Source of the DNA: Octopus bimaculoides
Taxonomy: Eukaryota
Assembly: GCF_001194135.2 (NCBI RefSeq)
Contig: NC_069008.1
Span: 10,137,445 to 10,175,223, forward strand
DNA length: 37,779 nucleotides
Direction of reading: 5' to 3'
The position numbers and the translations under genes are program-made. The notes under the pieces were generated by a model. That model did not search any database. It worked only from the letters and a program-made list of their open reading frames with translations, and was not told the origin of the DNA. Below are positions 22,654-33,374 of the stretch, one piece after another. Every line of letters begins with the position of its first letter. Positions within the stretch are counted from its first letter, which is position 1.

Positions 22654-23117
22654 CTGCAGATATTGGGCCAGAAATAAATGCCGACTACACACATGGCTTG
22701 GTTCACGGGCTGCCCTCACTCAGCCGGAAAAACCTTACAGCAGTAACACGGATGGCTGCTGCAGCTGACGCTGCCACCTCCAGTGATGGTGACACTGGTG
22801 GTGGTGGTGGTGGCGGCGATGTCAGCACTGGTATGGTTAAAGCAGTAAACAGGAGCAAGAGAAGGGATGCTGATAGGGAGAATGACAATGATGGTGACGA
22901 TGATGACAACAATGATGGCGATGTTGAAGGTGATGATGATCATCATCATCCTCATCATCATGAACGTCATCATGACGAAGACTACGACGATGATGATGAT
23001 GATAATGACGATGATGATGATGATGATGTAATGATAGAAGACAAGAGAAATGTGAAAATGACAAAAAGTCGTAGTATGGCCCCACACATGGATAGCTTTG
23101 AAGATAATGTAATGCAG
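22654..23117 (+). CDS. Coding exon of an unidentified host gene (Gly run, Asp/His-rich tract)
   Basis: Acceptor TTTTCTTTCCTCCAG|, 464 nt open and non-repetitive at both ends, donor CAG|GTAAGC (phase 0). Confidence 0.72.
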
Positions 23118-23724
23118 GTAAGCAGTGTATTTTATGATTATGACCTTATCTGCTGATAGCCTCTAAAAAAATATCTGTCCAAATAAACTGGACACAGAAA
23201 CCAAATGTCTATGAGGCCAAAAGGTCTCCACAACACAATCGCAATTTCTAATATTACGCCAAATGCCCCATTCACGGTTCATGCCAAGACGCATTTTCCA
23301 CTCACTACAAATTCATCTCATCCGCAAAACACTTTCACATTGATCTACTATTGGAACATCCCTTCTCATATGTAATCGTATTTTTGATTGGTGAAGTGAA
23401 ATTTGGTGATATGTTGTAAATAAATGTTAAAAATTATGTTATGCAATATTGAAATACCTTTTAACAACTTTTATTGTAAGGAAAATGGGCATTATTATAC
23501 ATGCCAATATGCGCCTTATGGATACATTTGAGCACTGTATAGACCAGGCCAAAGGCCAGGAGACTTGTGTGCGTGTGTGAGCGTGTGTATGAGAGGTATT
23601 GGTATCCAGAAGACCCAAGATGGCAGGTAAGGCTATGGAAGTGCTATGGAAGGACCATAGTTAAACTCTCAGTTTGATAATAATACAAGTGAGGAGTCTA
23701 ATGCAGGTCTTGCGTGAGCATGTA

Positions 23725-23840
23725 TATGTTAAATAAAATGAGACAACAAAGCCAAGGCTGTGTGGAATTTTCAGGACATTTCTAAATGTCCTGAAAATTC
23801 CACACAGCCTTGGCTTTGTTGTCTCATTTTATTTAACATA
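23725..23840. repeat. Palindrome with 57-bp perfect arms and a 2-nt spacer
   Basis: 23725-23781 is the exact reverse complement of 23784-23840. Confidence 0.95.
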
Positions 23841-23883
23841 CTTACTGTTAACAAAAGTTGGGATTTGTGGTGTTCAGTTATTC

Positions 23884-24255
23884 TATAAATGAAAAATATA
23901 TTAAATACCACAAAACGTACACATAGGACAGACACCAGACTCCCAATACTGTGTCAGTTATCGAGCAAAAAATACTAATACCTAGTTTCATGCCTTTAAC
24001 GATAAGATTAGGAACTTCGTATATTGGCAGTACCCACAAGATTTGCAGAGAATTGGGGCTTGGGCAAACAAAATAATACAGGGTGGACGTATGCAAGTAA
24101 ACAACAGTAATTTGAAATGACAGATGAAGACAATAAATAAATAAATATAGCCTTGGGGCTATAGTATTTTTTGGTCGTTAACTAACAAAGTATTAGGGTT
24201 CTGGTGTCTGACCTACGTGTACGTTTTGTAGTATTTAATGCATTTTTCATTTATA
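23884..24255. mobile_element. MITE with ~93-bp imperfect TIRs
   Basis: 23884-23976 vs 24163-24255 in reverse complement, about 12 mismatches. Ends TATAAATG...CATTTATA. Confidence 0.85.
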
Positions 24256-24282
24256 TATGTATGTATGTATATGTATTTATTT

Positions 24283-24562
24283 ATGCACCCTTTTAAAGCC
24301 TAGCCAGGCTCATGGGCTTGGTTTCATGGTTTCTATGGCGTATGTGTTTCCCCCAGCTGGACGGGACACTAGTCCATCGCAGCGTTACTCAAGAAATAGG
24401 AAGAAAGAGTGAGAGAAAGTTGGGACGAAAGAGTACAACAGGGATCGCCATCACCCCCTACCAGAGCCTCGTGGAGCTTTAGGTATTTTCGCTCAATAAT
24501 CGAAGCCGCAATCCTCCGACCACAAGTCCGCTGCCCTAACCACTGGGCCATTGCACCTCCAC
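24283..24562 (-). mobile_element. tRNA-derived SINE with a V-domain-like core
   Basis: Minus strand has A-box TGGCCCAGTGG, a truncated B-box and core GCTGCGATGGACTAGTGTCCCGTCCAG, which resembles V-SINE cores as recalled. Confidence 0.7.
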
Positions 24563-24689
24563 ATGTATGTATATATATGCATGTATATGTATGTATGTGT
24601 ATATATACACACACATATATATATATATATGTGTGTGTGTATATGTATGTATCTATCTATATATATATATATATGTATATATGGGACCC

Positions 24690-26400
24690 ACACTGACATC
24701 AGCCAGTTCCTGCGGTGCATTAAACTGCATGTTTTCCCACACATTCACACAGTGTCACAACAATCAGGATTGCTTCTCAGAGTTGGGGCACCACCTATCC
24801 AACTGGATGCCACCTCCAGGCCAGTTCAGCAGCTTGGACTTGTTCGTATACAACTGCATCATGCTGGTCAATTGATTTAATTTCAAAAAAGATCCCTCTG
24901 GACCAATATCACCCAGGCTGAATCGGTCGCCCCTCACAACTTTTGTGACCATAACATTGTCATCAAGCTGGCAGACAAAGGTGGAACAGTGGTGATGTGG
25001 CATGTGGACCTGTACAAGGTGGAAGCACATCGTCAGCTTCGGAACTCCATATTTTATCTGTTCCTGCCCTTAGGTCCCACCCCTCCTACCAGTAATGTGT
25101 CCTCCACCATCCATGACATCTCATCTTCTTCCCTTCCCACTACCACCACCAACATCATCATCTAAACACCCTGTAACTCCCCCATCTATTTCCTTTGCAA
25201 AATACACAAACCCAACAACCCTCGCCACCCCATTGTTTCCACCTGTAACTCTCCCACAGAACTCACCTCCCAATATCTCAACCTCATCCTTTCCTCTTTA
25301 GTCACTGCCCTCCTGTCTCATATACATGACACCAACCATGCCCTTTGCCTCTTCAGTTCCTCCTCTTTCCCTCTCGACCCTTCACACCTCCTTTTCACCA
25401 TGGACATAAGATCTCTGTACACTGTGATCCCCGACAACAACGGCCTCTTAGCCCTCCAATACTTCCTCGACCATCACCCCAACCTCACACCCAGCACTTC
25501 CACCCTTCTTCACCTAGCAGAACTCGCCCTCACCCTCAACTGCTTTACGTTCACAGGAGAGATTTACCAGCATTTATCTGGTGTTGCTATGGAAGCAAAA
25601 ATGGGCCCCAATTTTGCCAACTTATTTGTTGGTTATGTTGAGGCCCAAATCTTCTCACAGTTCTCTGTGCCAACCCCAGAGCTATACAGTCACTATATAG
25701 ATGACTATATAGGCACTACCACCCTCTCCCACGGATGGCTCTCCAATTTCATCTCTTTCATTTCTAACTTCCACCCTTTTCTCAAATTCACATCTACCAT
25801 CTTTGATACTTCCTCAATATCCCTCTCTCCGTTGATCACCCCACCCACTCTCTCACCACCTCTGCGTTCTCTATTTTACTTAACCCACCCTTGCCCCCTT
25901 CAAATGCGCCTATAACCTACACAACCTACTGGTCCTTAGCTCTCTCCCCCCTCAATTCCAACCCTACTAGGATCCTTTCCTTGCTCCAGACCTTATTGCC
26001 ACACCTTTCCTTTCATCACCAACGCCACCTCCTTCACTGGATCCAACCAGCACACCCTCTACATCTTAGGAACTCCTTCTCCTGCATTCTTCAAGCATCA
26101 TTTGTGTGATCTTTGTAATAAACTTTACGTCAGTTAGACGGGCCGTCAGCTAGCTGACCAGCTCACTGAACACCTACGAGACGTCTTCTAAGTAAGAATA
26201 CCCCCATCACCTATCATTTTCACTTGGCTGACCTCTCCACCTCAGACCTCACTGTCTTCGGCTTTGCCCTACACCATAGATCCACCAACTCTAGACTTCA
26301 CCTGGAACAGCATTACATTTTCACTCAACGTACTCAAACTCCTTTTGGACGCAACACAACCCCCTTCTGTCAATGACTTTCCCGACACCCCTTTACTCTA
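24690..26400 (+). mobile_element. Penelope-like element pseudogene (RT plus GIY-YIG)
   Basis: WMPPPGQFSSLDLF, FTMDIRSLYTVIP, GVAMEAKMGPNFANLFVGYVE, HYIDDYIG, NFHPFLKFT, CDLCNKLYVS*TGRQLADQLTEHLRDV. Confidence 0.9.
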
Positions 26401-26639
26401 TCTTATTTTTTATTCATTTATTTCATTATTTTTTATATTTTTTATAATTTTCATTTATTTTTGTTACTGAATTTTTCTCTTACTGATTCTATTCTGGCAC
26501 TGATTTTTTATTGATGTTTTTATTCATTTTTGTTACTGGTTTATTCACATAATCTTTTTCATTTATTTCTTTTTATTATTACTAATTATTTTTCATTATA
26601 TATTTGTATTATCTTTTATTTTTATATTCCTATACCACA

Positions 26640-27161
26640 TAAACATGTACACACACAGCAACTGCATGCACACATACACATGCACGCACTCCCACACACA
26701 AGTACACATAATACTCACACCTGTGGTCACCCTGACACACCCACGCACATTCCACCTCACCTTCTCTCCTCATGCATGCACACACACATACAACACACAC
26801 ATAATGCACACATATACACGCATGTATATACACATCCACACACTCAGAGGCACATAGACATGCACACATCCACACGTACACACACACACATATATATGCA
26901 GAGAGACAGTCACACACACACATATATACACATTACCACTCAGTTTACGCACACATGCCAAGACACACACACACACACACAGCCACACCCACCCTTTCAC
27001 ACACCCTTCAGACTACTCAGTATTAACCCTTCCATCTATGCACTCATGCAGACACATACACATACACTGTCACACGCTCCCATTCACACACATGTCACTA
27101 TAGCTACTGACCTTTCAGAGTGACATTAACACACATACACACGGATCCTACCACATGTGCA

Positions 27162-27206
<45 letters not shown>

Positions 27207-27330
27207 AAACACACACACACAAACACACCACCACACATACACACACGCAGTTACTGTTACACACGCACATGCTACCTTGCAGACACACTACCATACACAC
27301 ACACACTCATACACATACATACCGACCATC
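26640..27330. repeat. Degenerate (CA)n low-complexity tract
   Basis: About 700 bp of imperfect CA/CACATA repeats. Confidence 0.9.
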
Positions 27331-27405
27331 TTCACACTCTCCCGTCCCAGAAAGCACTGTCTCTTCCTTCTTCCTTGTCTCACTTTGGACTTTCCTGTTT
27401 TTCCT

Positions 27406-27440
27406 GTTTCCAAAGAAGAGCTATGCTCAAAACATAAAAC
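27406..27440 (+). ncRNA. CpG-decayed minimal hammerhead in a PLE-terminus-like repeat
   Basis: GTTT-CCAAAGA-A-GAGC-TAT-GCTC-AAAAC-ATA-AAAC. Stems I and II are intact, and three G>A changes sit at CpG positions. Confidence 0.4.
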
Positions 27441-27550
27441 AACTACTCTCTTCTTTCTCTGACTGTCATATTAATACATTGCTTGTGCTACATCCTCATG
27501 GTTTTTTGTTTTTTCTTTTGTCTTTTTCTGTTTTTTGAATTGTGTGTGTG

Positions 27551-27590
<40 letters not shown>

Positions 27591-27742
27591 CATAAATGTG
27601 TGTGTGTGATTATATTTATATATATGTGTGTGTGTGCTTGTGTGTGTATACATATATATATATATACATATATATATTCACCATACTTGACAGCTAAATC
27701 TACACTTTTTTTCATTCTCTCTCTGTTTATTTTCTTTTATTC

Positions 27743-27778
27743 CTTTCTGTTGAAGAGTGTAGGCTCGAAATGTAAAAG
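27743..27778 (+). ncRNA. Minimal hammerhead-like fold, CUGUUGA core variant
   Basis: CTTT-CTGTTGA-A-GAGT-GTAG-GCTC-GAAAT-GTA-AAAG. Confidence 0.5.
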
Positions 27779-27866
27779 ACTTTTTCATTTTTCTGACCAT
27801 CAAACTAATACACCTGCTTGTTGTTCATACACCTGTCTTCGTCATCTGTTTTTCCATAAATTTCAA

Positions 27867-27915
<49 letters not shown>

Positions 27916-28038
27916 CATTTATGTATACATATGTACACAGACAAAACATTGTTTTATGTTTATTCTAACTTGTAATGGTTTATATTGTTTATTAATTGAC
28001 ATTTTTATGTTTCTGGTTCTATATGTGACTGTTTAAGC

Positions 28039-29002
28039 ATGCCATGTACAAAAGAAGCCTTAAAACTGTCTGAATTGCAAAGAGGCTGTATTGTGGGTCA
28101 TTCCAAAGGTGGACATCATCAGTGTAAAATCACAGAAAACCTTGTGATTCCACTTTCTACAGTTAATAGAGTGATTGTGCAATTCACCAGAGAAGGGATG
28201 GAGTCCACATCACCTCACCCAGATCTTTGTTAAGAAAAGTGTGGAGGATAATAATCCTTGTTGCAAGGCCTCTGACATAGCAGAACAAGTTGATGTCAGT
28301 CCCAGAAAAGCTGTCAGGTATCTCCACAAACTTGGTTACTATGGCAGAGCAGCAAGAAGGAAGCCACCTCTTCGACCAGCCAACATCAAGCGGAGAAAAG
28401 ATTGGGCCAGTGGAATGGTGGAGAGGCCACTAGCATTTTGGGACATATTTCCTGACAGTGGTCGAGTGTGGGTTTCAAGATTCTGTGATCAAGAATTTGA
28501 TGTGAAAAGATTGCAGCCAACAATGAAACATGACAGCTATTCTGTGATGGACTGGGGAGCAATTTAGAGCAAAGGTTGATCAGAACTGGTTGAGTGTAAA
28601 GGAAGCATAAACTCAGATAAATATGTGTCCATATTGCAGAAAGGACTCTTTCTAATCTTCTCCAGTGGTGAAATGATTAAAGAAGATTCTTTATTTATGG
28701 AAGATGGGGCTCCTTGTCACACAGCTAAAATGACACAAGATTTGTTCAATGAGAATGGCATTAAAAAGCTTCCATAGCGAAGCCTATCACCAGATATGAA
28801 CCCTATTCAACACCTCTAGGACGTAATGGACAAGACACTTCATAAAAAGAACAAGGAAGCATCTTCAAAGCCAGATCTTTTAAGATTACTGTGTGAAGCT
28901 TGTCAAGAAATTCTGCAAGAGAATATTCGTCATCTGATCGGTAACATGCCTAATAGGATTCTTGCACTGAAAAATGCAATGGGCATGTCTACTAAATATT
29001 AG
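28039..29002 (+). mobile_element. Tc1-family (DD34E) transposase pseudogene
   Basis: [40 protein letters not shown], then 34 residues to SPDMNPIQ (Q at the catalytic E position), ending GMSTKY*. Several stops and deletions. Confidence 0.92.
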
Positions 29003-29017
29003 ATATTCCATCATGTC

Positions 29018-29061
<44 letters not shown>

Positions 29062-29068
<7 letters not shown>

Positions 29069-29265
29069 GTCACTAAATATGACTAGGGTGTTAGAAATAC
29101 CTGCATTGCTAGAAATAAGAGCTAAAATGTTCTAATGCTGTAGTCAAAGCACATAATTTTATACATATATACTGACAGGGACTATAATCACCTGAAAACA
29201 CCATCGATATTTTTAGGTGATTACAGGTGTTTCTAACACTTTAGTCATATTTAGTGACAATTATA
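29062..29265. mobile_element. Small MITE with 40-bp TIRs
   Basis: TAATTGTCACTAAATATGACTAGGGTGTTAGAAATACCTG (29064-29103) vs the reverse complement of 29224-29263, 3 mismatches. TA flanks both ends. Confidence 0.85.
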
Positions 29266-29320
29266 GTTTTCCTTTATGGTGAAACATTGCACGCTGCCGT
29301 CTATATTAATTAATTTTATA

Positions 29321-29724
29321 TATCAGGCTGAGTAAAAAGTAAGCAACGTTTCTAAACATGAAATTCATCACAATGTATTTCAACAATGTGGAAATTCTTT
29401 TCATCAAAGTAAGTATCAGATGAATTCTTTGAATGCACTTTCAGCTTCAGTTTGATTTTTGAACTCCTTCTCTCACAGGAATCCATCAAGGTGCTTGAAA
29501 AAGTGGTAGTTGGTAGGAGAAAGGTCTGGGGAATAAGCTGGGTGGGGAAGAACTTTATAGCTGAGTTTCCATAACTTCTGGAGCATCATTAGTGAAACGT
29601 GTAGTTGAGCATTGTCATGCAGAATGATTGGCCCTCTTCTGTTGACCAGTTTAGGATGGAAAAGTATCAGCTTTTTGTTCATTTTGGCAATTTCAATATG
29701 TTTCTGCAATAATAGTTTTTCCAT
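29321..29724 (-). mobile_element. Mariner transposase 3' fragment with TIR-like end
   Basis: LVNRRGPIILHDNA..H, PHPAYSPDLSPTNYHFFKHLD. Confidence 0.88.
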
Positions 29725-29942
29725 GTTTTAAGAAGTTATATATAATTACATGTGTGTGTGTGACAGGATTCCTCACAATTTCCATCTACCAAACTCATCT
29801 ACCTTTCATCCCTCTGGGATCAATAAAATAAAGTAACAGTCAAATATTGGGGTTGATAGCATTGACTAACCTTCTCTCTCACTATTGCTGGCTCTGTACC
29901 TAAATTATGAAAATATATTAATTACTATTTTATGTTATTTAA

Positions 29943-30175
29943 GGCGGCGAGCTGGCAGTATTGGGAGCAATGCCAGACAAAATGGTTAGCAGCATTTCAT
30001 TCATCTTTACATTCTGAGTTCAAATTCTGCTAAGGTCAACTTTGCCTTTCATCCTTTCAAGTTCAATAAATTAAGTACCAGTTGAGTACTGATGTCTATG
30101 TGATCGACTTACCCCGCCCGCTAAACTTCAGACCTTGTGCCTATAATAGAAAGGATTATTATTATTATTATTATT
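29943..30175 (+). mobile_element. tRNA-derived SINE with a Deu/Nin-like core and (ATT)n tail
   Basis: GGCGGCGAGCTGGCAG head, GAGTTCAAATTC B-box-like, core CTTTGCCTTTCATCCTTTC..ATAAATTAAGTACC (family resemblance as recalled). Confidence 0.7.
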
Positions 30176-30620
30176 CTTTTTAACTCAGGTTTTCCTGGAA
30201 CTCCTGGAGTCTTGAAGGCATAGTGGGCTTGCTGCCTGCAGCCTACAGTGCCATACTATTTAATACTTACCTGATTATTCTGGCTGTGCCAAGGAGGCAA
30301 ATCTTTTGTAACAGTTCAGCTGAGCACTCTATTCCAATTTCTTTTGTATTCCTCTTGATGCCTTCTGATACTGTCCCCAAGGACCCAAAAATAATTGGCA
30401 CTGTCTTAACCTTCTTTATTTTCCATGGTCACACTATTTTGTACTTAAGAGAATTGTATATAACTATTTTTTTTTTTTTTGCTTTGTTTCTTGACTATTC
30501 ATGGGTCAAAGAGGCATGCAACATCAACTGTATAGCACATATGGCTTACCTTGTCCACCACCATTAAGTCCAGTTTGTTATGCTTCAGTACCTGAGCTGT
30601 TTAGACTGGAAAATTTCACA
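30176..30620 (-). mobile_element. R4/Dong-like LINE 3' fragment (restriction-like endonuclease)
   Basis: KHNKLDLMVVDK..VDVACLFD, KTVPIIFGSLGTV, LQKICLLGTARIIR. Flanked by (TTA)n on both sides. Confidence 0.82.
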
Positions 30621-30690
30621 TTATTATTATCATTATTATTGTTGTTGCTGTTGTTGTTGTTGTTCTTCTTATTATTATTATCTCCCACAG

Positions 30691-30948
30691 ATTTGTAAGA
30701 AAGTGAAGGAGTTTAGCTTTGATTCAGCAAAGAACATGAGTCGGAAGTTGAAGCCGACCTTCCACCCACCTCCTCCACCACCCTCTAACGACCTTCCTCC
30801 AACCTCTGACCTTCAGGATGAACTCAACAACCTACGACAACATAACAACACCCTCACAGAGCAGGTTGGACGACAGGAGGTTGAGTTGAACACAATGAAG
30901 GTTCACATGTGTACGATGAGGGATGACAGAGACCGGTTCAAGAAGAAG
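30691..30948 (+). CDS. Coding exon (Pro run plus predicted coiled coil), likely the same gene as 22654-23117
   Basis: Acceptor TCTCCCACAG|, 86 codons ICKKVKEFSFDSAKNMSRK..LQDELNNLRQHNNTLTEQVGRQEVELNTMK..RDRFKKK, donor AAG|GT. Phase 0 matches the upstream donor. Confidence 0.78.
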
Positions 30949-31365
30949 GTTTTTTTCTTTTATTTTTCTCTCCATTCCATTTCCTTTGTTATTACTTTTG
31001 GTTTGTGTATTTTGTTTCTTTGTTTTTAATCTTGTGCATGTGTGTGTATATTTGACATGTGTGTGTGTGTGCATGTGTGGTTGGATAGGCTGTTGTTGTT
31101 TAACCACATTCCAAGTGTGACCATCCTATCTGGACCACATTATTCAGTGTGTCCTTCACTAAGATTGTAGGTTATGATCTGAGGGGTATTTGATTGCTAC
31201 TTCTAGCCATGTTAGTTCATACATATGCACTCACGCACACACACACTAACATACACACAGGTATATCTGTACGAATGTAAATAAGACAGTATTGTGCGAT
31301 ATGAGGGAGATTTGGCTGCTATTTCTACCAGGTGTAGCTACTATGTGTATACACATGTACAACAG

Positions 31366-31437
31366 AAGACTGAGGGGAGGGGGCGATGGGCCACGTACCC
31401 TGGAACAAATGGTGTGCTCAGCCATGCCCCACAGTAA
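31366..31437 (+). CDS. Possible short terminal exon (KTEGRGRWATYPGTNGVLSHAPQ*)
   Basis: Phase-0 CAG acceptor and a GC-richer patch, but a weak pyrimidine tract. Confidence 0.25.
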   Translation, partial: KTEGRGRWATYPGTNGVLSHAPQ

Positions 31438-31539
31438 TGACCACAGAATGGCCAGCAGCATTCACTGCAACTGCTCCTCCACCTCATGGTGCTCATTTTT
31501 CTGACAGGCTACTTTTATCCCTATTTTGCAGAGGGAATC

Positions 31540-32100
31540 AGTAGTACAGGGTCCTGATTGTACTTGTAGAATGTTTAATAAGTCAAGCTCTTGCTTTACC
31601 TGAAGATCCTGGCTTTTCCAGATTGTCACTTAGACGTTTCTTAAAATAACCAAGAGCTTCAATGATTATTGGTACAAATGTGAATTTATAATCAGGGCAG
31701 AGGAGTTGCAGGTTTCAAACCAGTTGTCCATAATTATTCTCCGTCTCTCTGATTTTGAAAAAGTTATTCACATCTGTAGAGCACCTGACCTCAACAACTA
31801 CACATAATTTTTCTTTTCTGTCCCAAATAAGGACACTGTTGTGTTTACACTTGGTAGAAGTTTTAATAGAAATGTTCCAACAATAATCTTTGTTGATGTT
31901 TATGTATTACATATCAGAGATGTGGTTTATATTTATCTCAAGGTTAGTCTTCTCTTCACATTAGATTATATATTGTTTTAGTAACAACATTATGTTGTAG
32001 TGAGAGGTAGTATCTTGATGGCATTTTTGAGTAGCTGCTGATTACATGAGTTATATCCTTGACAGAAGAGTAGTATAATCGACATTTACTGTTGCATTCT
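31540..32100 (-). mobile_element. R4-like LINE fragment (Zn knuckle plus restriction-like endonuclease)
   Basis: KCRLYYSSVKDITHVISS..RYYLSLQHNVVTKTIYN, then WNISIKTSTKCKHN..IWDRKEKLCVVVEV..PIIIEALG. Confidence 0.78.
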
Positions 32101-32282
32101 AAGACTTAACAGTGTCACTATCTCATTTGTCCAGAGTTCTGTACTGTTTTGTATTAGAAGAATTTATATTATTTTTGTGTGTGAGCATATATGTATATAC
32201 TTGTTTGTGTGTGTGTCTATATGAATGCATGAATGCAAATAGACATGTAGGTAGAATGGATGGACTGAAGCATCCAAGATGC

Positions 32283-32329
<47 letters not shown>

Positions 32330-33009
32330 TATAAAACAAAACAGAAAAATGGAAATATTTTGGTATTATTTATTCTCCATTACACATGTTTCATTTGCTC
32401 ATAGGAATTACAAAGGTTTACATGTTATAATAAAATTTGATATAAAATTCTTCTCTGTTTGAAGAATTTCTAATTGGAAATTCTTTACATGTCTGTATAA
32501 CAAGCAAATCTTTGTAATTTCTATTAGCAAATGAAACATGTAATGGAGAATAAATAATCTATATAATAATTTGCTTGTTTGTTTGCCCATTATACATTAG
32601 TTAATCAGAGAGGTGGAAGGAGTGAGAGGTAGGGTAAGAGTGACAGAGAGAGGGGGGGATGAAGGAAGAAGTAAAGAAAGGTGGTAAATGTTAATACACT
32701 TAGTCCAAATGGTTACGTGGTCAATAGAAGGTAAAGGCAAAGAATGAGAGAAAAAGAGGGAGAGAGAAATGATAATGATGTGTGGTGGAGTGGGGAAGGA
32801 ATACTTATTACATGGTTAAAAATTTAGCTGAAGAGAAAGATAGAGAGAGAGAGATGGACAGGGGAGGTATTCTGTCCTCTTTCTTGTACCACTTTCCTCC
32901 CTCTCTCTTCATCTCCCTCTCTCTTCATGTATCTTCTCTATAGCAAGACACCTGTTTCTGCCTCTCTGTTACTCTGTCACACTCTAACCTTTCATCCTTT
33001 AACACAAGA

Positions 33010-33374
33010 TCTCCTCCTCCATTGTCCTCAACTCTCAAAATTCCTTGTCTTGCCAGTTACCTGGTGACCCTGGTGGTGCTGGTACCACATAAAAGGCAGC
33101 CAGTCCACACTGCAAAGTAGTTGGCATTTAGAAGGGTATCTAGCTGTAAAAACCATGCCATAACAGACCTCGTCTGTGCTTATACCATGTAAAAAGCACT
33201 CAGTCCACTCTGTGAAGTGGTTGGTGTGAGGAAAAGCATCCAGCCATAAAAACTCTGCCAAAACAGACACGGTAGCCTGGGGTAGTCTTCTACCTGGCCA
33301 ACTCCTGTCAACCATCCTACCCATGAATGCATGGAAAACAGACGTTAAATGATGATGATGATGATGATGATGAT
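33010..33374 (+). mobile_element. Diverged repeat ending in an RTE-type 3' tail with (GAT)n
   Basis: Two tandem copies of the GTGGTTGG..GAAGGGCATCCAGC..AAAAC motif, then ..CATGGAAAACAGACGTTAAATGATGAT. Confidence 0.7.

Noticed and set aside
22489-23087. Minus-strand ORFs over the Asp/His exon
   Set aside because: Shadow frames of trinucleotide repeats. The splice signals support the + strand.
23515-23541. Tc1-like terminus (CACTGTA)
   Set aside because: No partner TIR or recognisable transposase was found nearby.
26530-27968. His/Thr- and Cys/Val-rich ORFs
   Set aside because: These are translations of (CA)n/(TG)n tracts.
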